The notes beneath the pieces were generated by a model that saw nothing but the letters and a program-made list of their open reading frames with translations, was not told the DNA's origin and did not search any database. The translations under genes were made by a program, and so were the position numbers. DNA of 64,000 nt from Actinomycetota bacterium (GTDB taxonomy: Bacteria; Actinomycetota; Acidimicrobiia; Acidimicrobiales; JAMDDE01): positions 45,022 through 109,021 of the forward strand of contig JAMDDE010000076.1 of the NCBI GenBank assembly GCA_023489235.1, given 5' to 3'. Shown in pieces: positions 43,562 to 53,514 of this stretch (the first letter of the stretch is position 1; every line of letters begins with the position of its first letter).

Positions 43562-44645
43562 TAGTTGGGAACACTGGGTAGAGTACTCCTCTGCCAGGAT
43601 TATCGCGGCAGGAAGATGGAGGACACAAACAGTAAGAGAGGACAAAGGCGAGATCACCAACTTCGCTACCAACGACTACTTAGGTCTTTCCCAACACGAG
43701 CAGGTGCGATCTGCGGCCTCCTCTGCCATAGCCCGCTGGGGTACAGGCTCAGGGAGCTCCAGACTGGTATCCGGCACTCTTTCCATTCACCAACAACTAG
43801 AGGAGGCTATTGCCAGCTGGAAAAGTAGCGAGGATGCCGCGGTGTTTCCCTCTGGGTTCCTTACCAACTTGGGAGTGATGACCACATTTGGAGCAGAGGG
43901 AGTGGTGGTGTTCTCGGATGAGCTCAACCATGCCTCGATAATCGACGGATGCAGATTGGCCAAAGGTGAGGTACATGTATACCGTCATCGTGACATGGAA
44001 CACCTTGAATCTCTCTTGAAGCAATATACTCATCGAGGAAGTAGATCATTAGTAGTATCCGATCTTGTCTTCTCCATGGACGGCGACGTCGCTCCCGCTC
44101 ATGAACTCATGAATATCTGTGAGCGCTTCGATGCCCTTTTGGTCATAGATGAAGCACATGGACTGTTCCAGGAGGTCAGTTACGAAATCCCCACCTTGCG
44201 AGTTGGTACGCTCTCCAAAACCCTTGGCTCGTTGGGCGGTTTCGTAGCTGGACCAGCTTCTTACATAAACTTCCTGCGCAATGTAGCTCGTTCCTACATA
44301 TTCACTACCGCATTGTCACCACCAGATGCGGCTGCAGCACTTGCAGCCATCTCATTGTTGCGCTCCGAGGAAGGGAAATCGCTACTGGCCAAGGTCAGGA
44401 CAAATATAGATCTTCTACGAGCAGGCTGGCCATCGCCAATCATCCCTGTACTGGTAGGCGATGAAGCCAGTGCACTGTCTGTATCCCGAAAGCTACTGGA
44501 AAGATCAATGCTCGTACCTGCTATTAGACCCCCTTCCGTACCTGCAGGTACCTCGAGATTGAGAGTATCCCTCAGCGCTTCTCACACCGTCAATGAGGTA
44601 CTCACCTTGAGATCCTCCTTGGCGGAGTTGAACCTACCTCTCTAG
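43554..44645 (+). CDS. bioF: 8-amino-7-oxononanoate synthase
   Basis: NDYLGLS, DEAHG and GTLSKTLGSLGG (PLP-Lys). It overlaps the bioA stop by 8 nt. Confidence 0.88.
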   Translation: MADSWEHWVEYSSARIIAAGRWRTQTVREDKGEITNFATNDYLGLSQHEQVRSAASSAIARWGTGSGSSRLVSGTLSIHQQLEEAIASWKSSEDAAVFPSGFLTNLGVMTTFGAEGVVVFSDELNHASIIDGCRLAKGEVHVYRHRDMEHLESLLKQYTHRGSRSLVVSDLVFSMDGDVAPAHELMNICERFDALLVIDEAHGLFQEVSYEIPTLRVGTLSKTLGSLGGFVAGPASYINFLRNVARSYIFTTALSPPDAAAALAAISLLRSEEGKSLLAKVRTNIDLLRAGWPSPIIPVLVGDEASALSVSRKLLERSMLVPAIRPPSVPAGTSRLRVSLSASHTVNEVLTLRSSLAELNLPL

Positions 44646-46030
44646 AGATCTACTTGTTCCTTGGTAAGCTTCACAAATTTGACATACCTGCGATCTACAC
44701 TCTCCCTCCAGATTTGGTCAGGTTCGACAACTCGGTCGACGCGATGCCACCTACGGGCATCATCCAACGAACTTTCCAAGCCAACAGCAAGTCTGGCCAG
44801 GTAGGCTGCTCCAAGGGCACCGCTTTGGGCAACACTGCTCACCTCTACCGGCAAACCAGTGCAGTCGGCTATGGCTTGCATCCACTCCTTGGATCTGCTG
44901 CCCCCTCCGCCGGCAATGATTCTCTTCGCCTCTATGCCTGCTTGCTTCGCCCTCTCCAAGTATTGACGAACTACGAACCCAGAGGCCTCGAATGCAGCTC
45001 GTCTAATAGCAACTGGTCCATGCAATGGATTCAAGTCAGTCAATTCTGCAACGGCTGATTGTCTGGCCCGTATGCGATCCCTGAGTTCATACGGTCTCCA
45101 TACTGGTATCGAGAAGGGATCGTGAGGCAGCGGTAGCGAATCCTTCAACCTGCTTCCACTCAAAGAACACGCCCACTCTATGAAAGTGCCCCCAACACTG
45201 CTCGGCCCTCCCAGGAGATTTACCCCGGGATGCAAGTGAGGAACGCTCCATAGCCCATCGACCGCCTCCGTCTTGGAAGTCACTATCCATACAATCATGG
45301 TGCTTCCAGCAACCAGAAGTACGTCTCCCTCGAGGTTCGCACCTGACACCAACTGCTCACAGAATGCATCAGCACTCCCAGCAACCAATGCTGCTTTGCC
45401 CTCCCCCACTTGCACCTCTCCCCCAACGGTGGCTACTTGAGCTACTGGCGGTAACTGGCAAGGGAGAGCCCCTATGGTTTGCAGTGCGGCTCTGTCCCAG
45501 TTGATCCCATCCTGAAGAGGCAACATCGTCATGGCCACAGTCGTATCGATGAGCGGAGATCCTCCAAGGACATACGAAGCTACTGCTTGAGCTGGCCAAT
45601 AACCAGCAGCAGCTGGGAAAGTATTATAAAGGTAGGAAAGAAAGCCACTGGCTTGTTGAATAGCACCCAAGCCAAGGGTGGGGTCCTCGACGAAACTGGC
45701 AGCATGACTAGTTGCTCCACGCTCATCCCCATAGAGTATTCCTGCCCCTAAAGGCACTCCCTCTGCATCCACTGCTGTCAATGAAGGAACTATTCCAGTA
45801 ACGCACACCCCGCTCACACAATCAGGATGGTCGAGTTGGGAAAGGATAAAGGAGAAGGCTGTTCGCGTCTGGTCTCGCCAGACACGCCGGGCATTGTGCT
45901 CGAATCTATGCAAAGAAGGGATCATGAGGTCGTGACGCAGGCATGTGCTCTTCAGCACATAGCCATCATCATCAACCACCAATGCTTTGGTAGCACTAGT
46001 TCCTACATCGACTCCTACAGTGATGCCCAA
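44642..46030 (-). CDS. FGGY-family carbohydrate kinase (xylulokinase-like)
   Basis: VGVDVGTSATKALVVD at the N-terminus, the C-terminal GGGSRSKEWMQAIADCTG motif, and a size of 462 aa. Confidence 0.82.
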   Translation of the reverse strand: MGITVGVDVGTSATKALVVDDDGYVLKSTCLRHDLMIPSLHRFEHNARRVWRDQTRTAFSFILSQLDHPDCVSGVCVTGIVPSLTAVDAEGVPLGAGILYGDERGATSHAASFVEDPTLGLGAIQQASGFLSYLYNTFPAAAGYWPAQAVASYVLGGSPLIDTTVAMTMLPLQDGINWDRAALQTIGALPCQLPPVAQVATVGGEVQVGEGKAALVAGSADAFCEQLVSGANLEGDVLLVAGSTMIVWIVTSKTEAVDGLWSVPHLHPGVNLLGGPSSVGGTFIEWACSLSGSRLKDSLPLPHDPFSIPVWRPYELRDRIRARQSAVAELTDLNPLHGPVAIRRAAFEASGFVVRQYLERAKQAGIEAKRIIAGGGGSRSKEWMQAIADCTGLPVEVSSVAQSGALGAAYLARLAVGLESSLDDARRWHRVDRVVEPDQIWRESVDRRYVKFVKLTKEQVDL

Positions 46031-46147
46031 GCAAGCCCCTTACCGTTGAGTGCAGTAATAAATGCAGTAATCATCGATACCTCCAAACGAGGATGCAACC
46101 AGAATGCACCCAAGTTCCTCTTTATACATCAATATACGGTTTTGGTG

Positions 46148-46903
46148 ATGAAATTAAGCTATCCTGCCTCCGTGGAGATGCATTCCGAAAATGACACCAG
46201 CATTCCGGAAAATGACGCGGGCAACAACTGGAAAATTGACGAGCTGGCCCATAGGTCTGGATTGACCGTCGATACCATTCGCTTTTATCAAAGAGAAGGG
46301 TTGTTGCCACCAGTGACCCGTAAAGGTCGCTCTTCTCGCTATGGGCCAGTGCATCTAAGGCAACTAGAGCGTATAAGAGAGCTCCAATCACACCATCTAA
46401 GCCTTGCTGCCATCAAATCACTTGCAGAAGAGGGACAGCTAGATCTGATCGAAACCCTCATAGTCGGTACAGGGCAACGCTACGAGCGTTCCGAGCTGAT
46501 CGTCCAGAGTGGACTGAGCAGCGAGTTCGTCAATGAACTAGAAGATGCAGGACTTATCCAAGTATCCCAGGCACGGAATGGCGAGTCCTATGATGCTGCT
46601 GACCTCCAGGTGCTTCACGCGGTAAAGGGACTACTAGAACTAGGGATGCCTAGAGCAGCAATAGTTCAGATGGCCAAAGTATACCTCAAGCACTTCTCTG
46701 CAATAGAGGAAGAACTAGTTACTCTTTTTACAGGTGGGGAGAGTTCGCTGTCCCTGGAAGAGCTGGAACCACTCTATGACCAAGCTGCATTTGAGATCAA
46801 TAATTTGCTTCCCTTGGTTGCAACCATCCTCAACCACATCCATCAGCGCACAATCCAAAGAGTTACCATCCAAGCCGTACGACTGAGTGCAGAGGAACTC
46901 TAA
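46148..46903 (+). CDS. MerR-family transcriptional regulator
   Basis: WKIDELAHRSGLTVDTIRFYQREGLLPP is a MerR HTH. The track ORF (45827-) overlaps the divergent kinase, so I used the internal ATG at 46148. Confidence 0.82.
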   Translation: MKLSYPASVEMHSENDTSIPENDAGNNWKIDELAHRSGLTVDTIRFYQREGLLPPVTRKGRSSRYGPVHLRQLERIRELQSHHLSLAAIKSLAEEGQLDLIETLIVGTGQRYERSELIVQSGLSSEFVNELEDAGLIQVSQARNGESYDAADLQVLHAVKGLLELGMPRAAIVQMAKVYLKHFSAIEEELVTLFTGGESSLSLEELEPLYDQAAFEINNLLPLVATILNHIHQRTIQRVTIQAVRLSAEEL

Positions 46904-46914
46904 CTATCTTCTGA

Positions 46915-47829
46915 TTGTACCCCTCCATAACCTCCGAGCTACACTATACCTCCGTGAAAGGTGAATGGATCGACTACGAAGGACCTAGAGGAAAACTCAA
47001 CGGTTATCTGGTGTCACCTGACCCTGCTTACACATCCAGCTCTCTGCCGGGTGTAATCGTAGTGCAGGAAGTATGGGGTGTGGATGAGCATATAAAGGAC
47101 GTAACTGAGCGGATTGCCGCTGCTGGATATGTAGCTCTAGCCCCTGATCTCTACTCTCTTGGGGGAGCTAGACCCCCGGAGCTCGAACCTCATCGAATCG
47201 AAGCAGTAAAGGCATTCATGGAGTCCCTACCTCCATCTGCTTGGATGGATCAGGAGCAGAGAGACAAAGCCTTGGATAAGTTACCTGCAGATCAACGTTC
47301 CTTGGTACAGACCTCCCTAGCTATGCTCTTCGGTCAGGCAAGGGATACCGAAGGGTGGGTGAACGATCTCACAGGTGCTGTTCGTTTCCTTCGTGCACAT
47401 GACCGAGTAAGGGGTGCACGTATAGGTGCATTCGGCTTTTGTATGGGTGGAGGTCTTACTGCATTGCTTGCCTGCACAGAGAACTCTCTCTCTGCGGCAG
47501 GTATATTTTATGGGTCATCCCCCTCGGCTGATCAGGCTGCTGCTCTTGTATGCCCAACCATAGGATTCTACGGAGAAGAAGATCAACGTATCACCGAAGG
47601 CGTTCCTGCTTTCGCAAAGACCGTAGCAGAGCACGGGGGACATTTCGAAGGGTATATATACCCTGGCGCACCTCACAGTTTCTTCAATGACACTCGCAGC
47701 TCTTACAGAGTGGATGCCGCTAGGCACGCTTGGGCCGAATTGCTCCGATTCTTCGGGCAGAACCTCTCAGGCGAGCTTTTCCCACCATCCGGCACTACCC
47801 AAGTAGGATCGCAATCCACCACAGCATGA
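46915..47829 (+). CDS. Dienelactone hydrolase family protein
   Basis: PGVIVVQEVWGVDEHIKDVTERIAAAGYVALAPDLY and GAFGFCMGG (nucleophile elbow with Cys). Confidence 0.82.
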   Translation: MYPSITSELHYTSVKGEWIDYEGPRGKLNGYLVSPDPAYTSSSLPGVIVVQEVWGVDEHIKDVTERIAAAGYVALAPDLYSLGGARPPELEPHRIEAVKAFMESLPPSAWMDQEQRDKALDKLPADQRSLVQTSLAMLFGQARDTEGWVNDLTGAVRFLRAHDRVRGARIGAFGFCMGGGLTALLACTENSLSAAGIFYGSSPSADQAAALVCPTIGFYGEEDQRITEGVPAFAKTVAEHGGHFEGYIYPGAPHSFFNDTRSSYRVDAARHAWAELLRFFGQNLSGELFPPSGTTQVGSQSTTA

Positions 47830-47901
47830 ATTCATCCAACGAAATCTACAGCTGTCGGTCGGAATCTCAACATCCAGGGTAGATGCAGATAAGATGATCA
47901 A

Positions 47902-48204
47902 ATGATACGAAGTGTAGCGGTATTTCGACTCAAGGATGGAGTACCAGCCGAGCGCATCTCGGAGATCCTAAGCGCCCTCTTCTCGCTGGAGATTGAAGGT
48001 GCGATAGTTACTGGAGGAGAGGACCTTGGATTACGTGGAGGAAATGCCCACTTCGCTGTAGTGACCGATCTAGTTGATGAAGAGGCTTACCGACGTTACG
48101 ACGAGGATCCTGAGCACAACCGTATAAGGCGCGAACTCGTCAATCCTGTAGCAGAATCCATAGAACGTTGCCAGTTCTTTCTGAACCGCTCACTGAACGA
48201 CTAA
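47902..48204 (+). CDS. Dabb (stress-responsive alpha/beta barrel) family protein
   Basis: 100 aa, with the RSVAVFRLKDGV..FAVVTDLVDEEAYRRYDEDPEH pattern. Confidence 0.68.
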   Translation: MIRSVAVFRLKDGVPAERISEILSALFSLEIEGAIVTGGEDLGLRGGNAHFAVVTDLVDEEAYRRYDEDPEHNRIRRELVNPVAESIERCQFFLNRSLND

Positions 48205-48607
48205 GCACCCCTGTTTGCGAACATGGACCGCCCTATCTTCGGATGGAATTTGCAGTGGATCTCTCTCAACTCCCGTGTGGCACAGCGGCACGTCGCGAAG
48301 CTCTGTGCAAGAACCCTTCCCAACCCAGCGTACGCAACATCCATGCAGCGACTGTACTATTGGGAGGAGATGAAGCCCCTTTGTTGGCCATGCGCCTGAC
48401 TACAGTGGTAGCTTCCAGCGGAACCCGCAACAGTCGATGCCGAATCTCTTGCCCAACAGACTCGGATTGAATGGATTCGCCGTCATCTGCTTCCACATAT
48501 TTTAGAGTACATCCTCCGGAGTCATTACTCAAGGCACAGTGACGAATATGTGCAGATTCTATAGAAGGATTTATAAAATGTTCAGCTAGACGCGGAATAC
48601 TAGATAC

Positions 48608-49303
48608 ATGCCCATGCGCGTGCTGGTTGTAGATGACGATCCTGCTGTGAGACGCTCCTTGGAGCGTGCACTCAAACTCGAGGGATACGAGGTGGAACTT
48701 GCCGAAGGTGGGCGTCAAGCTCTCAATGTGCTCATGGATCACTCTCCCGATGCTGTCGTCTTGGATCTCATGATGCCTGAGATCGATGGTTTGGAGGTTT
48801 GCAGACGTCTACGAGCAGCTGGGGACTGGACCCCTATCTTGATACTAACCGCCAGAGATGCAGTAGACGACCGGGTGTCAGGATTGGACGCCGGAGCAGA
48901 CGATTATTTAGTCAAACCCTTTGCTCTGGCAGAGTTGCTAGCAAGGTTGAGGGCGCTGCTGCGCCGTCACGGAGAGGACAACTCTGGAGTCCTCCGTTTC
49001 GCAGACTTAACGCTTGATCAAGCAAGCCATGAGGTGAGTCGAGCAGGAAAGCCCCTGGCGCTCACCCGCACAGAGTTCTCCTTGCTGGAACTATTCCTCA
49101 ACAATCCACGTCAAGTGCTGACTCGGGAGGTGATACTCGATCGCGTATGGGGATACGACTTTCAGACAACCTCAAACTCCCTGGAGGTATACATTGGCTA
49201 CCTACGCAGGAAGACAGAGGAGGGTGGTCTGCCTAGACTGATCCACACCGTACGAGGAGTAGGTTATATATTGAAGGAACCAAGCAGTCAGCAGGAGCAT
49301 TAA
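48608..49303 (+). CDS. OmpR-family response regulator
   Basis: [17 protein letters not shown], and a winged-helix C-terminus with VRGVGY. Confidence 0.92.
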   Translation: MPMRVLVVDDDPAVRRSLERALKLEGYEVELAEGGRQALNVLMDHSPDAVVLDLMMPEIDGLEVCRRLRAAGDWTPILILTARDAVDDRVSGLDAGADDYLVKPFALAELLARLRALLRRHGEDNSGVLRFADLTLDQASHEVSRAGKPLALTRTEFSLLELFLNNPRQVLTREVILDRVWGYDFQTTSNSLEVYIGYLRRKTEEGGLPRLIHTVRGVGYILKEPSSQQEH

Positions 49304-50667
49304 TGACCCTTCATGGTCGACTCACCATGGCTGCGGCTGTAGCCGTAGCAGTGGCCATGGTGTTGGTGGCGGTATCTGCTTTCTTCATAGTTGACCACGA
49401 TCTGTACCATGCTTTGGATGTCAGCTTGCGGCATAGGACAGTGCGTCTAGCAGATCATATCGATGCAGCTTCCCGATCGCTGTTCCCGACGCGGATCACC
49501 CTGCCCTCTGACAGCGTTGCTCAAATAGTAGGACCAACTGGAGTCATTCAACCTCTTGGACTTACTCAGCAAACCATACCGATTGCTCCTCAGGTAGCTC
49601 AGGTGGCTCAGGGCAATCATCCCCCGCTGTTCTACAGAGCCAATATAGCCGGGCAACCAATGGAGGTACTCGCCGTACCCGTACTGGCTGCTTCTGCCTT
49701 GGAAGTGGCTACCCCCATAAGCTCCATCAACAACCAACTCCATGACCTTGCTATCTTGCTGGCCATCCTTATTGGAATTGGTATTGCCTTAGCGGCGACC
49801 CTAGGGTGGCTCGTCTCACGAACCGCCCTGCTCCCTTTGGACAGGTTAACCGCTACCATGGAGACGGTTGCAGAGACCACAGACTTGTCGAAGAGAATTG
49901 AGGTAAAGCGCCAAGACGAGCTGGGACGGTTGGGCAAGAGCTTCAACCGCCTGCTGGAAGCTGTGCAACGCTCTCGTCAGACCCAACGTCAGCTAGTTGA
50001 GGATGCCGCTCATGAACTGCGTACACCATTGACAAGTATTCGAACCAATGCTGAGGTCATTCGCGAGATAGATCGACTATCACCAGCAGAGGCCGAGCAG
50101 TTGATCTCGGACATAGTCACCCAAGTAGAGGAACTGAGTGACTTGGTCGGCAATTTAGTCGAGCTCTCCAGAGAAGAGGAGAGTCCCGCTGCAATGCTAC
50201 CTATAGACCTGGACGAGGTCGTATGGGAAACGGTTCACCGAGCTGAGGCACATGCTCGCACCAAACAAGTAACCATCTCCAAGCAGATCTATCCTTGCAA
50301 GGTATTGGCGGTGCCGCAAAGACTTGCTCGGGCTATAGCCAACTTGCTTGATAATGCCCTCAAATGGAGCCCGGTAGGAGGAACTATAGAGATTACCTGC
50401 CAAGACGGTCGAATAACCGTGAGCGATCATGGACCAGGGATAGCTCCAGAAGATCTACCGTACGTGTTCGACCGATTCTATCGTGCTCCTAGTGCTAGAC
50501 AAATGCCTGGGTCAGGGTTAGGACTGGCTATAGTGCGCCAAGTGGTCGAATCCTGCAAAGGAACCGTAACCATCAGTACTCCTCCAGAAGGAGGGACTAC
50601 CGTCCAAATCAGCATTCCTACTCTCACCGTCCAAGAGAGCTCCTCATTGCCAGACGACGAGCAATAA
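49303..50667 (+). CDS. Sensor histidine kinase (two transmembrane segments, HAMP, HisKA, HATPase_c)
   Basis: H-box AAHELRTPLTSI, N-box LLDNALKWS and G-box GSGLGLAIV. Its start overlaps the response regulator stop (TAATG). Confidence 0.92.
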   Translation: MTLHGRLTMAAAVAVAVAMVLVAVSAFFIVDHDLYHALDVSLRHRTVRLADHIDAASRSLFPTRITLPSDSVAQIVGPTGVIQPLGLTQQTIPIAPQVAQVAQGNHPPLFYRANIAGQPMEVLAVPVLAASALEVATPISSINNQLHDLAILLAILIGIGIALAATLGWLVSRTALLPLDRLTATMETVAETTDLSKRIEVKRQDELGRLGKSFNRLLEAVQRSRQTQRQLVEDAAHELRTPLTSIRTNAEVIREIDRLSPAEAEQLISDIVTQVEELSDLVGNLVELSREEESPAAMLPIDLDEVVWETVHRAEAHARTKQVTISKQIYPCKVLAVPQRLARAIANLLDNALKWSPVGGTIEITCQDGRITVSDHGPGIAPEDLPYVFDRFYRAPSARQMPGSGLGLAIVRQVVESCKGTVTISTPPEGGTTVQISIPTLTVQESSSLPDDEQ

Positions 50668-51889
50668 GCATAGCTGCCGCCCCGATCAGGGCTTCTCCCG
50701 CCGCTACCGACCATGCCAAAGAGTAAGATGAGTGCTCTAACAGTAAGCCAAAGCCAAGTGGCCCTAGGGCTGCCCCAGTGTATACACCGGTTTGAGTCAC
50801 CCCTGTAGCCTTACCCGGAGCAGCTGGGTAAAGACGTACTACAGAGTAGTTGAACAATCCATTCCAACCCCACCCGAGTCCAAACGCCAGTGCTTCGCCT
50901 ATGATCACCAACTCCGGCACAGTCGTAGCCAGGCCGAGAAAACCAACTGCGCCGAGAGCAAGCATGGTGGCTACCACCACCAAGTGCTTGCTGTTTCGGC
51001 GGTCGGCTCTCACCCCTACCACTAACCGTGCAGCCACGCACACCCCTGCACCTCCAGCAGCAACAGCTCCAGCTACTCCTGGAGAAAGCCCACTGCTCAC
51101 TACTGTCGAAACCGTGTATGCGCCCAAGCAATTGCTGGCTGAGACTCCCAGAGCAGCTCCAACTGCCAGAGCAATGAATGCCCCATAGGGAAAGCGACTC
51201 GAGTGATCGAGTATAGCTCTCTCGTAGCTCAGTGACTGCTCCTTTGGACCATTGTTTGCACCTGCCGTTTCGTCATCTCTACGCTGCGGCAGCAACGGAG
51301 AGACTGAACCTTCGTGTCTGTATATCACTCTCTCCCCCTCCTTGAGCAGTACGGACGCTCCCCCAAGAAGAGGAAGCAACACTGCTAGTCCAAATGCCCA
51401 CCTCCAACCAATAGTCAAAGCAATGAGAGGGACTGAGGCTCCTCCAATCAAGGTAGCCATCGGCATTGCACTTTGCTTCAGGCCAAATGCAAATCCTTGC
51501 CGATCTCTCGACACTCCTTTGGCCAGATACAAGTTTGCAGAAGGTTGCGCCAAGCCATTGGCCACTCCGCCAATGATCAAGGCCAGAACAAGATCTCCCC
51601 AACTGTGAACTGCTATGGCCATGGCTAAAAGCACACATGAACTCACGAGGCTGGAGATCAACAAACTCTTACGTGCGCCCATCCTCTCCACTAGGCCCCC
51701 CAGGGCTACGGAAAATATGGCTGCTGTACAAAAGAATGCAGCAACTGCAATACCAAGCTGCGCCTCCCCAAAGGAAAGACTGCTGCGTAGCTGCACGGAT
51801 AGTCCTCCTGTCACGAATACAGGGAGAACTCCACCCATGGCTACAAAGCTGGCACCAATGACCACCCAGGACGAGCTGACCCCTCTCAT
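50624..51889 (-). CDS. MFS transporter
   Basis: 421 aa with roughly 12 hydrophobic segments. Its 3' end overlaps the kinase 3' end by 44 nt (convergent). Confidence 0.8.
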   Translation of the reverse strand: MRGVSSSWVVIGASFVAMGGVLPVFVTGGLSVQLRSSLSFGEAQLGIAVAAFFCTAAIFSVALGGLVERMGARKSLLISSLVSSCVLLAMAIAVHSWGDLVLALIIGGVANGLAQPSANLYLAKGVSRDRQGFAFGLKQSAMPMATLIGGASVPLIALTIGWRWAFGLAVLLPLLGGASVLLKEGERVIYRHEGSVSPLLPQRRDDETAGANNGPKEQSLSYERAILDHSSRFPYGAFIALAVGAALGVSASNCLGAYTVSTVVSSGLSPGVAGAVAAGGAGVCVAARLVVGVRADRRNSKHLVVVATMLALGAVGFLGLATTVPELVIIGEALAFGLGWGWNGLFNYSVVRLYPAAPGKATGVTQTGVYTGAALGPLGFGLLLEHSSYSLAWSVAAGEALIGAAAMLIARRLAMRSSLGR

Positions 51890-51969
51890 CCCTCGAGCAC
51901 CGTGATGTTTTTAGCAATTTCTTCGAGAACTCTCAGCGAGCTATAACTCCTTTTCTCTATGGTTTTACC

Positions 51970-53514
51970 GTGAGTAAACCACGACTACCTTGGCTGATAC
52001 CTATAGGGGTTGGTGTCGTTTTGATAGTCGTAGTCGCCACAGCTGCATTCGGTGGATCTCACCTAGTTGGTGCGGGCCACAAGGGCAAGTCCCATCGCTT
52101 CGCCACTGGTATTACGGCCGTAGAAGCTGCTAGAGCTGTAACCGGGAGTGCAACTTCAAACCTCTCCATATCCGGCTCCATAGCCGCTACCTCCGAGTTG
52201 TCTATTACTGCTGCTACATCAGCCAGATTATCCACCGTTTACGTAACTCCATCCGAACAAGTAGTCAAAGGGCAAACTATAGCAACCCTATATAATCCGA
52301 CTGCTGCGTCCCAACTTGCGCAAGCACAAGCAGCTTTGGCTACCGCCGAAGCCAAGTTGCAAGCTGCCGAAGCCGGACCAACCCCCCAAGAGATTGCTCT
52401 CGACCAAGCTAACGTAGAAAAAGCTCAGGCAGCCCTCAATGGAGCTCAGCAAGCTTACCAAAGCGAGGTGGATCTCTACGATCAAGGTAAAGCAACCGAA
52501 CAAGAACTCACGCAAGCATACAACTCCTTGACGGAGGCCAAGGCTGCTTTGGCTGCTGCCCAAGCTCAAGCGGCATTGGATAGCTCACCGCCACCATCTA
52601 CTTCCTTGACAGTATTGAAAGACGGCGTGATCGAGGCTAGTGCCGCTTTAGCCTCACTGAAGGCAACCTTGGCTGAGGATACGATTACGGCGCCATTCTC
52701 GGGGACAATTACCTCAGTACCAGCTACTCCTGGAGAAATGGTTTCCCCTGGGACAACTATTGCCACGATCCAATCCGATCAGCTGGTGATGGAAGGTCCA
52801 TTATCCGAGCAAGATCTAGCTCTGGTGAACATTGGGGACAGCGCAACGGTTACCATTCCCGTCAGTAATGATCCGCTCGTTGGACGCGTAACCTCCGTAG
52901 CGCCTTCCGGCAATCCCTCTTCTCTCACCTTCACGGTGACAATCTCTTTGCAGGATCAACCATCTTGGGTGAAAAGTGGCGAGTCTGCATTGGCCTCTAT
53001 TGTCACCAAACGCTTTTCACCTGCTGTGCTCGTCCCCGCTTCGGCAATTGTCAACATAAACGGCCACCCGCAAGTATTCGTCATTACCAACCCGGCAACT
53101 AGCGATACGAATATTGCAAATACAAAGAGCGGAAGGGTAACCACAAGCAAGAAATCGGGTACATTGCCCAAGCATAAGAAGGGGCACGGGGAGCACAAGC
53201 ACAGTAAAAAGAGATCCTCCGGTGCTCAAACCTCGACCAAGTCATCAACGATAAAGCTGGTCAACGTAACGCCCTCTCTCTCCAATGGCTCCATCACCAT
53301 GGTTACCGGAATAACCGGTGGAACTGAGGTGGTAGCAGTAGGACAGACGTACTTAGCCCCAGGAGACAAGGTCAGAGTAACCGGCATGATATCGGTACCC
53401 TCCTCGCTGGTAGGAACAGCAGTTGGAGGAGCTCTCACTGCCCCTGTTGCTGCTGCCTCTACGGGAACCCCTCTCCCGTCGACAACCTTGAAAGGTGCTA
53501 AAGGGGCTAAGTAA
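51970..53514 (+). CDS. Efflux RND periplasmic adaptor (HlyD/MFP family) with a Lys/Ser-rich insertion
   Basis: An N-terminal transmembrane anchor, an Ala/Gln-rich coiled-coil hairpin, beta-barrel segments (ITAPFSGTIT), and a position directly upstream of the RND pump. Confidence 0.82.
   Translation: MSKPRLPWLIPIGVGVVLIVVVATAAFGGSHLVGAGHKGKSHRFATGITAVEAARAVTGSATSNLSISGSIAATSELSITAATSARLSTVYVTPSEQVVKGQTIATLYNPTAASQLAQAQAALATAEAKLQAAEAGPTPQEIALDQANVEKAQAALNGAQQAYQSEVDLYDQGKATEQELTQAYNSLTEAKAALAAAQAQAALDSSPPPSTSLTVLKDGVIEASAALASLKATLAEDTITAPFSGTITSVPATPGEMVSPGTTIATIQSDQLVMEGPLSEQDLALVNIGDSATVTIPVSNDPLVGRVTSVAPSGNPSSLTFTVTISLQDQPSWVKSGESALASIVTKRFSPAVLVPASAIVNINGHPQVFVITNPATSDTNIANTKSGRVTTSKKSGTLPKHKKGHGEHKHSKKRSSGAQTSTKSSTIKLVNVTPSLSNGSITMVTGITGGTEVVAVGQTYLAPGDKVRVTGMISVPSSLVGTAVGGALTAPVAAASTGTPLPSTTLKGAKGAK

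Noticed and set aside
45827-46147. N-terminal extension of the MerR ORF, and similar extensions at 61829-62767, 42176-42274, 33496-33573, 29448-29513 and 4651-6291.
   Set aside because: The extensions overlap well-supported genes on the other strand or upstream genes. They lack homology-like sequence, and better internal starts exist, some with Shine-Dalgarno motifs.
48205-48742. A 158-aa minus-strand ORF (48266-48742) and a 404-nt gap upstream of the two-component system.
   Set aside because: The ORF overlaps the response-regulator start, and it has no recognisable motifs and an odd composition. I found no RNA motif in the gap either, so it is left unannotated as a probable promoter region.
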